Position numbers and translations under genes: made by a program. The notes below the pieces were generated by a model, which searched no databases, was not told where the DNA came from, and saw only the letters and a list, made by a program, of their open reading frames with translations. DNA of 64,000 nt from an uncultured Actinomycetes bacterium (GTDB lineage: Bacteria; Actinomycetota; UBA4738; HRBIN12), in the NCBI GenBank assembly GCA_963831325.1, contig CAWHQA010000005.1, positions 7,493 to 71,492 of the forward strand, written 5' to 3'. Below, one piece after another: positions 20,789 through 29,860 of this stretch. Positions within the stretch are counted from its first letter, which is position 1. Each line of letters begins with the position of its first letter.

Positions 20789-20807
20789 GGGTGAGATCTT
20801 CTCACCC
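20789..20807. terminator. Hairpin between the convergent pepN and cupredoxin genes
   Basis: The hairpin is GGGTGAG-ATCTT-CTCACCC, a 7-bp stem. It overlaps the stop codon of the minus-strand gene. There is no U-tract. Confidence 0.4.
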
Positions 20808-21242
20808 GAGCTCGATCGTCCCCACCATGCCGTAGGCGTAGTGGCCGGGGAAGTGACACCCGAACAGCGAGGACGTGGGACTCCCTCCGAACGTGACCGT
20901 CGTCGAGCGGGTCGTGCCCGCCGGTACCGAGACTTCTCCGGGCTTGGGCCCGTGGTGTGCTTCGGTCCCCTCTTCGTGCACGAACTGGACACGGGCATCG
21001 CCGACGATGAACTCGTGATCGATCGGATCGGCGTTCTCGAGGATGAAGCGTACGGTCTCGCCAGGCGCGACCTCGACGCGGTCGGGCTCGAACCGAGAGT
21101 AGTGCACCACGATGCGGATCTCGCGCTCGCCCGGCTCACCGTGTGCTGCTGAAGGAGCGCTCAGCTGCCACGCAGCCGCCGCTGCGAGTGCGACGGCAGT
21201 GGCGAGCCCAACCCACCACGTTCGCGATCTGAGGCGGGTCAC
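20802..21242 (-). CDS. Secreted cupredoxin (plastocyanin/azurin-like type-1 copper protein)
   Basis: It has a signal-like N-terminus and a copper-ligand pattern of DHEF...CHFPGHYAYGM. Its start overlaps the upstream stop by 4 nt. Confidence 0.8.
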   Translation of the reverse strand: MTRLRSRTWWVGLATAVALAAAAAWQLSAPSAAHGEPGEREIRIVVHYSRFEPDRVEVAPGETVRFILENADPIDHEFIVGDARVQFVHEEGTEAHHGPKPGEVSVPAGTTRSTTVTFGGSPTSSLFGCHFPGHYAYGMVGTIELG

Positions 21243-22321
21243 GCGGGGTGCCCGAACCGAGGCCGCTGCCGACGGCTAGCGAGGAGGGTGAGGCCGACGA
21301 AGGCCATGACGGCCATGGCGGCTGTTGCAACGGCGACCCAGGGAAGTGCCGTGGGACGTGGAGATGGGATCGGGCGCGCGAGGCCGGCCGCGACCGGGTC
21401 GGGTTGTCCGAACCCGCTGGGGTCGATCGCGAGGTCGTGCGTGAGCTCGTCTGCGCGTTCGCTGACGCGGACGTACGTCAGCCACATGTCTTGCTCTGGG
21501 AGCCAGCCCATCCTCGAATCCGACCGGAGGTCTTGCATCAGCGAGTCCGAAGCCTGCTCGCTGGTCTGCAGGAGGAGCCCTCGTTGTCCTTCGGTGCCGT
21601 TCGAGTCGACCGTCTGCGGCAGGATCGCCGGCTGAAGGTCGGTCAACAAGAACACGTCCGCCTCGACGATCTCCGGGCCCTGAAGGCCGAGCGCCAGGAT
21701 GCGCAACGGCACCCACGGCCGGGGTGTCGGGATCACGACGTGGATCGGTGTGCCCTCACCACGCCGCACGCCCTGTTCCGCAGCCCGTTCTGCATCGAAG
21801 CGAGCGGCGAGGAAGATCGGGCTCCGCTCCGCGTAGAACTCGAGCACCTCGGGAGCGTCCGGCGGCAAGAAGAATCCGTTGTCGCGCGCCCAGGTGCCAA
21901 CAGCCAACGCGCCGCCCTTGAGCACCGTGATGTCGAGGGCGTCGATCTCGGCCTCGAGCAGCACTTCTGCCGACGCGGCAACGGCGACGTCGTTTCCCGC
22001 CGCCTCGAGCACAGGCGGCTGCGTTTCGATCAGCAGCCGCTGCAGAGTCCAGTCGCCGCCCTTGACGACCTTCGTCGGTACGCCGGGCAGCGGCACGATC
22101 GAACCGACCTCCTGGCCTTCACCGACGAACTCGAACGACGTGACGTAGTGTTCGACGCCCTTGTGGTACGCGGCGAGCGTGGTGGTGCGCACCAGATCGA
22201 TCGTGTCGTTCGGTGCTATCAGTCCTCCGCACGCGAGCGCGACGCCAGGACCGGCAACGATGATCATGGCAGACAGAGCTAGCAACGCGGAACGACGAGC
22301 CGGATGCAGGGTGCGTGTCAT
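21239..22321 (-). CDS. DUF2330-like secreted protein with C-terminal membrane anchor
   Basis: The protein is 360 aa. It has a signal peptide ending ...GVALACGGL and a C-terminal TM segment WVAVATAAMAVMAFVGLTLLA followed by basic residues. The DUF2330 assignment is from memory of the ACGG N-terminus plus C-terminal anchor architecture. Confidence 0.6.
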   Translation of the reverse strand: MTRTLHPARRSALLALSAMIIVAGPGVALACGGLIAPNDTIDLVRTTTLAAYHKGVEHYVTSFEFVGEGQEVGSIVPLPGVPTKVVKGGDWTLQRLLIETQPPVLEAAGNDVAVAASAEVLLEAEIDALDITVLKGGALAVGTWARDNGFFLPPDAPEVLEFYAERSPIFLAARFDAERAAEQGVRRGEGTPIHVVIPTPRPWVPLRILALGLQGPEIVEADVFLLTDLQPAILPQTVDSNGTEGQRGLLLQTSEQASDSLMQDLRSDSRMGWLPEQDMWLTYVRVSERADELTHDLAIDPSGFGQPDPVAAGLARPIPSPRPTALPWVAVATAAMAVMAFVGLTLLASRRQRPRFGHPA

Positions 22322-22431
22322 GACGAGCCCCTTTGCTTTCTCCAGCGGCTACCGCGGCCTCGTTGCGGACCTCCGACGGACGCACCCTGCGGGATGGTTC
22401 CCAAGGACAGAGGCGCGGGTGAGGCACCGGC

Positions 22432-22461
22432 TTGACAGGGCTCCGCTGCCGCCAATACCGT
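22432..22461 (+). promoter_or_regulatory. Candidate sigma-70-type promoter upstream of the aldehyde dehydrogenase
   Basis: TTGACA (22432-22437), an 18-nt spacer, then TACCGT (22456-22461, fitting the TANNNT pattern). This is a pattern match only. Confidence 0.3.
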
Positions 22462-23964
22462 TCGGATGCGAACGACCTTTCGGACGTTCCTCTGACGGGG
22501 GAGGGGAGCACGACGAGCGAAGCCGTCGTCGAAGGCATCGAGGTCTCGACCGACCACTGGATCGGTGGTCGGCGTGTCGGGTCCCCGACCACGTTCACCG
22601 ATATCTCTCCGATCGACGAGCAGCCGATCGCCGAGGTCGCGCGCGGCGGCGCCGCCGAGGTCCACCAGGCGGTCGCGATCGCCCATGAGGCCACCGAAAC
22701 GTGGGGCTCCATGCCGCCGAAGGAACGCGCAGAGGCGCTGCACCGCGTCGCCGACGGGGTCGAGTCGCGTGTGCCGGAGCTCGCGGCCGTCGAGACCCGC
22801 GACAACGGCTCACTCCTGCGCTCGATGCGGAGCTCGGTGATGCCGCGGGTCGCGCGCAACTTCCGGTTCTTCGCCGACCAGCTGCTCGCGCTCGAGACCG
22901 GCGTGAAGGACTACGAGGGCTTCGCCGAGCACGTCGCCTGGGACCCGAGCGGCGTCACGGTCGTGATCACCCCGTGGAACGCCCCGCTCATGCTGGCCAC
23001 GTGGCGCGTGGCGCCCGCGCTCGCGGCGGGCAACTCGGTGATCCTGAAGCCCCCTGAGTGGGCGCCACTCACCGCGTCGATGCTCGCGGAGGTCGTGCGC
23101 GACGCCGGTCTTCCTGACGGCGCGTTCAACGTACTCCAAGGCATCGGGGAGGAAGCCGGCGCCGCCCTCACCGCCCATCCAGGCGTCGACCGCATCGCCT
23201 TCACGGGCAGTATCCCGACGGGAAAGCTCGTCGCCCAGTCGGCCGCCGCGAACCTGACCCCGGCCTCGCTCGAGCTCGGAGGAAAGTCGCCCTTCGTCGC
23301 GTTCGCCGACGCCGATCTCGACGCGGTCGTGAAGCAAGCCGTGAATCAATTCGACAACGCCGGCCAGGTGTGCCTGGCGGGCACGCGACTGATCGTGGAG
23401 CGCTCGCTGGCCGACGAGTTGCTCGAGCGATTCACCGAGGCGGCCGCTGCGATCGTGCAGGGCGATCCTCGCGACGAGGCCACTGACATCGGCCCGCAGA
23501 TCACCCGCGAGCACTTCGACCGCGTCGACGGCTTCGTGCACCGCGCCAAGACCGACGGCGCCACGGCCGTCTTCGGCGGCGGCCCGAACGAGCACCTCGG
23601 AGGCCTTTACTACCGTCCGACGCTGTTCACAGGCGCGCCCGAGGGCTCGGAGATCCTGACCCAGGAAGTGTTCGGCCCCGTGCTCACCTTGCAGACCTTC
23701 GACGACGAGGACGAGGCGATCACGCTCGCGAACTCGACCGACTACGGCCTCGCGGCCATCCTGTACACAGGCGATGAGGCCCGGGCGGAACGCGTCAGCT
23801 CGAAGCTCGTGGCGGGGACGGTCTGGGTGAACTGCTTCTTCGTGCGCGACCTCGCGGCGCCGTTCGGCGGGGCGCGCGGCTCCGGCATCGGTCGCGAAGG
23901 CGGACCTTGGAGCTTCGATTTCTACGCGGACGTCAAGAACGTCTGCACCGCACCGTGGAACTAG
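22432..23964 (+). CDS. hpaE: NAD-dependent aldehyde dehydrogenase, 5-carboxymethyl-2-hydroxymuconate / 2-hydroxymuconate semialdehyde dehydrogenase-like; 5' end uncertain
   Basis: Sequence includes HWIGGRRV..., RNFRFFAD, VITPWNAPLMLATWRVAPALAAGNSVILKP, ELGGKSP, NAGQVCLAGTR, EVFGPV and PFGGARGSGIGREGG. The conserved core starts near 22540, but there is no ATG, GTG or TTG between 22432 and that point. Confidence 0.8.
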   Translation: MTGLRCRQYRSDANDLSDVPLTGEGSTTSEAVVEGIEVSTDHWIGGRRVGSPTTFTDISPIDEQPIAEVARGGAAEVHQAVAIAHEATETWGSMPPKERAEALHRVADGVESRVPELAAVETRDNGSLLRSMRSSVMPRVARNFRFFADQLLALETGVKDYEGFAEHVAWDPSGVTVVITPWNAPLMLATWRVAPALAAGNSVILKPPEWAPLTASMLAEVVRDAGLPDGAFNVLQGIGEEAGAALTAHPGVDRIAFTGSIPTGKLVAQSAAANLTPASLELGGKSPFVAFADADLDAVVKQAVNQFDNAGQVCLAGTRLIVERSLADELLERFTEAAAAIVQGDPRDEATDIGPQITREHFDRVDGFVHRAKTDGATAVFGGGPNEHLGGLYYRPTLFTGAPEGSEILTQEVFGPVLTLQTFDDEDEAITLANSTDYGLAAILYTGDEARAERVSSKLVAGTVWVNCFFVRDLAAPFGGARGSGIGREGGPWSFDFYADVKNVCTAPWN

Positions 23965-23979
23965 CGAGGAGGATCAGAC

Positions 23980-24879
23980 ATGGGAGAAGTCGTCGGCGCG
24001 GCCCTCGTGGCCCACGTGCCCACGATCATGCTGCCTGAGGAGACGCGGCGTGAGATCAACGACGGCACCGAGATCACGCTGGTGCCGGGCCTGCACCGGA
24101 TGAGATCCGACTGCCTCGATCGACTGAAGCCCGATACCGTGATCGTCTTCGACACGCATTGGGAGTCGACGTTCGAGCACATCGTGTCCGCGCACGATCG
24201 TCGGGAAGGCAAGTTCACGAGCCACGAGCTTCCGCGGGGGATGAGCCAGATCCCGTACGACATGCCGGGGGACCCCGAGCTTGCGAAGACGATCGCGGCC
24301 CAGGCCGATGGCCGCGACGACTGCTGGATCCTCGCGTGCGACGACCCGTACCTGCCGCTGTTCTACGGCACCGTCAACGTCTGGACGTTCCTGGGCGACC
24401 CCGATACCCGCTGGATCAGCGTGGCGCTGAACCAGTGCTGCACCACCGAGGACTTCTTACTGTTCGGAAAGCTGATCGGCGACGCGATCGCCCAGAGCGA
24501 TCGCCGGGTGGTGCTGCTGGCGAGCGGCGGCATGACGCACCGGTTCTTCCCGTTCCAGGAGCTGCGGCAGCACGAAAGCTCGAAGGCGCCCGAGAACATC
24601 CTCGGCCAAGAGAGCTATGAGGCGGACCAACGCGTCGTTTCGATGATGCGAGCCGGTGATCACGGGGGCATCATCGACTGGATGCCCGAGTATCGGAAGG
24701 CCGCGCCCGAGGGGCACTTCGGCCACTACCTCATGATGGCGTCGGCGATCGGCGGCGCGCGCTGCCAGGCGCCCGGTGAGCTGTTCAGCGAGTACGAAGC
24801 ATCCGTCGGCACGGGCCAGGTGCACGTCTGGTTCGAACGTCCGGCAGACGGCTGGACCGGAGGGGGAACGGCCGCCTGA
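23980..24879 (+). CDS. hpaD: LigB-type (class III) extradiol dioxygenase, homoprotocatechuate 2,3-dioxygenase-like
   Basis: ATG 23980 follows GAGGAGG. Blocks match my recollection of E. coli HpcB/HpaD: DTVIVFDTHW, FTSHELP, GDPELAKTIAAQA, LLASGGMTHRF and SVGTGQVHVWFERP. Confidence 0.8.
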   Translation: MGEVVGAALVAHVPTIMLPEETRREINDGTEITLVPGLHRMRSDCLDRLKPDTVIVFDTHWESTFEHIVSAHDRREGKFTSHELPRGMSQIPYDMPGDPELAKTIAAQADGRDDCWILACDDPYLPLFYGTVNVWTFLGDPDTRWISVALNQCCTTEDFLLFGKLIGDAIAQSDRRVVLLASGGMTHRFFPFQELRQHESSKAPENILGQESYEADQRVVSMMRAGDHGGIIDWMPEYRKAAPEGHFGHYLMMASAIGGARCQAPGELFSEYEASVGTGQVHVWFERPADGWTGGGTAA

Positions 24880-24905
24880 CGGCGGCCACGAAAAGGGGGG
24901 TCCAC

Positions 24906-26382
24906 GTGTCAGAGCACGAGCAGGTATCGGGGTACGAACGGTTAGGGAAAGCGAGACTGTCGCTCGTCGATGTGCTCGCTCAATCGGTGGGCTTCATGGG
25001 TCCGGTGTTCTCGGCCGCGTTCATCATCCCGCTGATCATCGGCGTCAACTTCGCTGCCAGAGGTGCAGGTACGTCGGCCGTCGCTGCGGTGCTGCTCGCT
25101 GCCATCGGGGTCTTCGCGATCGGCTGGATCGTCGCGCAATACGCGAAGCGTATCCACGCTGCGGGGTCGCTCTACGACTACGTCTCGGAGGGCCTGGGCA
25201 AGACCCTGGGGGCCGCCGGGGGCTGGCTGTACTACGCGGGCACGATCATCTTGACCGTCGGCCTCGGTGTGCTGCTCGGCGGATTCATCAAGGACAGCTT
25301 GTTGACTGCGTTCGAGATCGATCTCGACCTGCCGATCTGGGTCTGGGACGCCGTCGTGGCCGCCCTGCTGCTCGCGGTGCTCTACCTCGGGGTGCAGATC
25401 TCGACGAGGGTCCAGCTCGCGCTCGCCATGATCTCGATCGCCGTGGTCCTGATCTTCTTCGTGACCGTGATCAGCAAGCTGGGAGACGCGAACGACTTCG
25501 CGAAGGTCGTCGATCCGAGCCCCGACGGCGGGTTCTCGGGCATCCTGTTCGGCGTGCTGTACGGCGTGCTGATCTTCGTCGGGTTCGAGACCGCGGCGAA
25601 CCTCGCTGAGGAGACCGCCGAACCCGAGCGGTCGATCCCGCGAGCAGTACTCGGCGCGGTGGTGCTGGTGTCGATCTTCTACGTGATCGCCGCCTACGTG
25701 GAGGTCGCCGGGTTCGGCTTCGACCTCGCCGTCATCACGAGCCCTGAAGTCGCCGGAGCGCCGCTGTTCGCGCTCGGAGCTCCGGGCGGCGAGTTCGGCT
25801 CCGAGTTCTGGCTGAAGGCGCTGATCCTCGTCGTCTTCCTCGACATGCTCGCCGTCTACGTCGGTGCCGGCGTCGCTTCGACCCGCGGCATGTTCGCGAT
25901 GGCTCGCGACCGGCGCCTTCCTGCGCCTCTCGCGACGGTGTCGGGTAGGTTCGGCACGCCCGCCGGCGCGATCGCGCTGCTGATCGTCATCCAGGGCCTG
26001 ATGATCGTGGCCAGCGAATGGACGGAGATCTTCGCGCTCGAAGGGTTCCCGCACTACTTCGCACTGTTCGCATGGTGCTCGACCTTCGGCGGCTTCGCCC
26101 TGCTGGTCGTGTACCTGCTTGATGTCGATCGGTGCGTTGGCCTCGATCGGACATCAGCCGAACCCGGCCGGTGTTGCTATCGCGGCGATCCTGGGCATCG
26201 CCATCACGGCGGCGGCTATCTGGGGTTCCTTCTACAAGGTGCCCACACCGACGATCTGGGCGCCCCGGTACGCCCTGATCTGGTTCGTGATCGGTCTGAT
26301 CTACATGGTCATCGTGAAGGGAAGAGAGCCGGCCAGCCAGGTGCTCGGCGACCTGCAGGAGCAAGGGGGCGCACGGAGCTGA
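24906..26382 (+). pseudogene. APC-family amino acid permease, one frameshift near 26115
   Basis: About 12 TM segments are present, with FVGFETAANLAEETAEPERSIPRA typical of APC permeases. The last 87 aa are in ORF 26119..26382. Confidence 0.8.
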
Positions 26383-26410
26383 TCAACGCGTTCCCACCCT
26401 GTCGGGAGTC

Positions 26411-27838
26411 ATGACCGACGAGCGGCCGCTGCGGCTCGATGCGCCTCGCGAAGAGGCGCTCGAGCACGCGGCGCGCCTGGTCGCCGAGGCGTGGCGCAGC
26501 TTCGACCGCTTCCGCCCTGAGGAACCGCTGCTCGACGAGCGCGTGCGTCGCCTGCTCGAGCGTGCGCTGCCGAGCGAGCCCTCGCCCGTGCACGACGCGC
26601 TCGACGACGCCGCGCGCATCCTCGACGAGTCGATCGCGCAAGCGCGACCCCGCTACTTCGCGTTCATCGGGTCGAGCGGGCTCGAGATCGGTGCGCTCGG
26701 CGACCTGCTGGCGCACACCTACGACATCAACCTTGCCGTCGACGCGCGCGCGGCCACGCAGATCGAGGATCAAGCCGTGCGGTGGGTCTCGGAGTTCGTC
26801 GGCTTCCCGTCGTCTGCGGGCGCGTTCACGAGCGGCGGCACCGTGAGCAACGTCACGGCGCTCGCGGCGGCACGCGAGCGCGCCGTGCCCGGTTCCCGGC
26901 ACGAGGGACTCGCCGGACGACGCGCGGCGGTCTACTGCTCGCAGGAGGTGCACTACTCGGTCACGCGGGCTGTGGAGCTGCTCGGCATCGGGTCGGCGAA
27001 CCTGCGAGCCGTGGCGATCGACCGAATGCGCCGCATGCAGCCCGACGCGCTCGCCGAGGCGATCGCGTCCGATGTCGCAGCGGGCGTCACGCCTGTCGCG
27101 GTCGTGGCGACCGCCGGCACCACCCTCACCGGGGCGATCGACCCGATCGAGGCGATCGCCGATGTCTGCGAACGGCATGGGGTCTGGTTGCACGTCGACG
27201 GGGCATACGGACTCCCCGCCGCGACCACCGAGTCGCGCGCGGCGATGTTCGACGGACTCGCGCGCGCCGATAGCTGCTCGATCGATGCGCACAAGTGGCT
27301 CTACCTGCCGAAGGCGTGCGGGGTCGTGCTGGTGCGCGACGACCACGCGCTGTCCGCGGCGTTCGCGCACGAGCAGGGGTACCTCCCGCACCAACAACAC
27401 GAGCTGCACGCGGCCGACATCACGCTCGAGTACTCACGGCCCTTCCGTGCGTTGAAGCTGTGGCTGGCGTTCCGGGCGCACGGCGCGGCACAGTTCCGCG
27501 ACGCGATCGAGCGCAACCTCGCCGAGGCCGACCTTCTCTACATCCGAGCGCAGACGACCGATGACTTCGAGGTGCTGGAGGCGCCGCCGCAACTGTCGAT
27601 CGTGCCGATCCGCCACGTGCCGCCTGGCGTTGCCGATGTGAACGCCCACAACCAGGCCCTCGCGAACGCCATCCAGGCCGACGGACGTGTCTACCTGTCT
27701 TCGGCCCTGATCGACGATGAGGTGTGGCTGCGGCCGTGCTTCGTGAACTTCCGCACCACGGAAGAGGACGTGATCGCGTTGCTCGACGTCGCGCGTGAGC
27801 TGGGTGAGCGGATCGCCGAGGAAGGCAGCACGCTGTGA
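26411..27838 (+). CDS. Group II PLP-dependent decarboxylase (aromatic-L-amino-acid / tyrosine decarboxylase-like)
   Basis: The 475-aa ORF is intact. It has FTSGGTVSNVTALAAARE and the PLP-lysine motif SIDAHKWLYLPKACGVVLVRD. Confidence 0.85.
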   Translation: MTDERPLRLDAPREEALEHAARLVAEAWRSFDRFRPEEPLLDERVRRLLERALPSEPSPVHDALDDAARILDESIAQARPRYFAFIGSSGLEIGALGDLLAHTYDINLAVDARAATQIEDQAVRWVSEFVGFPSSAGAFTSGGTVSNVTALAAARERAVPGSRHEGLAGRRAAVYCSQEVHYSVTRAVELLGIGSANLRAVAIDRMRRMQPDALAEAIASDVAAGVTPVAVVATAGTTLTGAIDPIEAIADVCERHGVWLHVDGAYGLPAATTESRAAMFDGLARADSCSIDAHKWLYLPKACGVVLVRDDHALSAAFAHEQGYLPHQQHELHAADITLEYSRPFRALKLWLAFRAHGAAQFRDAIERNLAEADLLYIRAQTTDDFEVLEAPPQLSIVPIRHVPPGVADVNAHNQALANAIQADGRVYLSSALIDDEVWLRPCFVNFRTTEEDVIALLDVARELGERIAEEGSTL

Positions 27839-28395
27839 GTGGCCCGGAGCGAAGCGAGAGCGAGCCATCGCCGGGCGACAGGTACCTGCCGGGTGATGAC
27901 GGCCTGCTGCCTGCCGAGCGCAAGGTGCGCGATGAGCTCGGGCACCTGCAGCTCGACTTCCGCGCGATGTGGGCGATCTCGAACCTGTTCCGCAGCTCGG
28001 CGGCGATCAGGCGGCACATGGAAGCGAAGGTGCTTGCCCCCGACCGCTTGAGCTGGACCTCGTTCGTCGGGCTCTGGGTGCTGTGGGTGTGGGGGGAGAT
28101 GGAAGCCCGAGAGTTCGCGTCTGCGGTCGGCATCAGCCGTCCGACGGCCACCGGCGTCATGGGCACACTGGAGTCGCGTGGCTACGTGACGCGCAGGAAG
28201 GACCCGAAGGACGGCCGCATGGTGATCGTCTCGCTCACGCCCACCGGCCGCGACACCATCGGCGTGCTGTTCCCGAGGTTCAACGCGGAGGAGAGTGCGG
28301 TCGCAGCCCATCTCAGCGCGGTGCAGCAGGACGACCTCGCCGCCATGCTTCGGTCGCTGCTCCGTGCGGTGGCGCCCGGAGGTGAGGTTCAGTAG
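27835..28395 (+). CDS. MarR-family transcriptional regulator
   Basis: The protein is 186 aa and its GTG overlaps the decarboxylase TGA. The winged-helix region reads AREFASAVGISRPTATGVMGTLESRGYVTRRKDPKDGRMVIVSLTPTG. Confidence 0.8.
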   Translation: MSGPERSESEPSPGDRYLPGDDGLLPAERKVRDELGHLQLDFRAMWAISNLFRSSAAIRRHMEAKVLAPDRLSWTSFVGLWVLWVWGEMEAREFASAVGISRPTATGVMGTLESRGYVTRRKDPKDGRMVIVSLTPTGRDTIGVLFPRFNAEESAVAAHLSAVQQDDLAAMLRSLLRAVAPGGEVQ

Positions 28396-28410
28396 TCTAG
28401 AACGGACTAG
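28393..28410. repeat. 18-nt palindromic motif TAGTCT-AGAAC-GGACTAG, spanning both stop codons of the convergent marR and LLM genes
   Basis: I read this directly from the sequence. The same arms and spacing recur at 52184-52201. Confidence 0.6.
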
Positions 28411-29348
28411 ATGGACGCGCAGCGTTCCGTCGCGCCCTCCACGATGCGTCGAAGCAGATCGGGCATCTCCGCCCGGTCGTCGGTGAACTGGCTCGGCTTG
28501 ATACAGATCGTGCGGAAGCCTCGAGCTACTTGTTCCGGTATCTGGTCGAGCGCGTGGTCGAGGGGCGCAGGGTGGGACGGGTCGGGGAAAGCGCCGCGTG
28601 TGCCGCCTACCATCTCGAGCTCGCCGAGGTCGCGACCGGCGGCGGCGAACGCGGCGGCGAGCCGCGAGAGATCATCGTCGCTGGGGCTGCCGAGCGGGTT
28701 GAAGCCATGGCCGAAGGCGACGAGGCGCCGAAGCAGCCGATCGTGCACGCCCTGTCCGCCGAACCAGAGCCGAGGGCCGTCGGACCGGAAAGGCTTCGGC
28801 TCGAGCCACACGTCGTCGAACGAGTAGTGGCGACCGTCGAAGGAAGCCGGAGCGTCGCGCCACAGCCGTGACCACGCCTCGAGGTGTTCATCGAGCCGGG
28901 CGCCTCTGTCTTCGAACGGGACCCCGAGGGCGTCGTACTCGGCTCGATGCCAGCTGACCGTGGGCTGCACGACGAGCCGCCCGTGCGAGAGCAGGTCGAG
29001 TGTCGCAAGCTCCTTCGCGATCAGCAGCGGATGCCGCAGCGGCGGGATCACGGCGCTCGCGATGAGCCGGAGCGAGGCCGTCACCGATGCGATCGCGGCG
29101 AGCAGCAGCAGCGACGACGGCCACGGGGTTGCGGGATCCTGGTTCCCGGGAAGCGCGTAGTCCCGTGGATTCTCGGGCAGCCCTTCGGTGTAGGCGCCGA
29201 GCCCGAGCACGATGTGCTCGCTGACCATGACTCCGTCGAACCCTGCACGCTCGGCCTCGACGGCCATGGCGACCAGGCCGCCGAGGTCGCGCGCCGACAC
29301 GAGCGTGTGGTTCTCGCTCAACACGAGCACCAGCCGCGGTCGCGTCAT
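28407..29348 (-). CDS. Luciferase-like (LLM class) F420-dependent oxidoreductase
   Basis: The protein is 313 aa. Sequence includes AVEAERAGFDGVMVSEHIV, LATLDLLSHGRLVVQPTVSWHRAEYDALG and PRLWFGG. Confidence 0.8.
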   Translation of the reverse strand: MTRPRLVLVLSENHTLVSARDLGGLVAMAVEAERAGFDGVMVSEHIVLGLGAYTEGLPENPRDYALPGNQDPATPWPSSLLLLAAIASVTASLRLIASAVIPPLRHPLLIAKELATLDLLSHGRLVVQPTVSWHRAEYDALGVPFEDRGARLDEHLEAWSRLWRDAPASFDGRHYSFDDVWLEPKPFRSDGPRLWFGGQGVHDRLLRRLVAFGHGFNPLGSPSDDDLSRLAAAFAAAGRDLGELEMVGGTRGAFPDPSHPAPLDHALDQIPEQVARGFRTICIKPSQFTDDRAEMPDLLRRIVEGATERCASI

Positions 29349-29391
29349 GCCATCAGAGTTCGGCGGCCGCCGTCAGGCCACCCTGAGCGGA

Positions 29392-29784
29392 CTAGGCCAT
29401 CACGCGGTCGATCGCGGCCTGGTCCTCGTTGCGGGCCCAGAACTCAGTGGCCTTGCCATCTCGGATGTGAAAGATCCAGATGGAGCTCGTGGAGGCATCC
29501 GCGGCGGGACCGTTCGCAGTGACATGTACCAGCGCGATCACGTGCTCGTCGTTGCCCACGATGTCGTGGATCTCGTCGAGCGAGAATCGGTAGCCCTGCT
29601 CCGCCATACGGCCGAAGCGGCCTACGATGTCGGCTCTGCCCGAGTAGTCCCCGGACCACTGGTTCGAGCCCGGCACGTGCCACACCGCGTCCTCCGCGAT
29701 GCCTGCGGCCATCGTGTCGAGGTCGCCCTTCATCATGGCTTCCAACGACGTCCGTGCCGTCTCCACGTTGGGATGATCGGCCAT
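29392..29784 (-). CDS. SnoaL-like / NTF2-fold protein
   Basis: The protein is 130 aa. It has an N-terminal TARTSLEAMMKGDLDTMAAGIAEDAVWHVPG pattern, then ...WIFHIRDGKATEFW. The RBS is GGAAGGGGG. Confidence 0.7.
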   Translation of the reverse strand: MADHPNVETARTSLEAMMKGDLDTMAAGIAEDAVWHVPGSNQWSGDYSGRADIVGRFGRMAEQGYRFSLDEIHDIVGNDEHVIALVHVTANGPAADASTSSIWIFHIRDGKATEFWARNEDQAAIDRVMA

Positions 29785-29860
29785 GTTTCCCCCTTCCCGC
29801 GGGACATTGGTCTGGCGGGCCAGATCAGCTTGGCACCGGCCACGTAAGGGCGCAAGCTGA

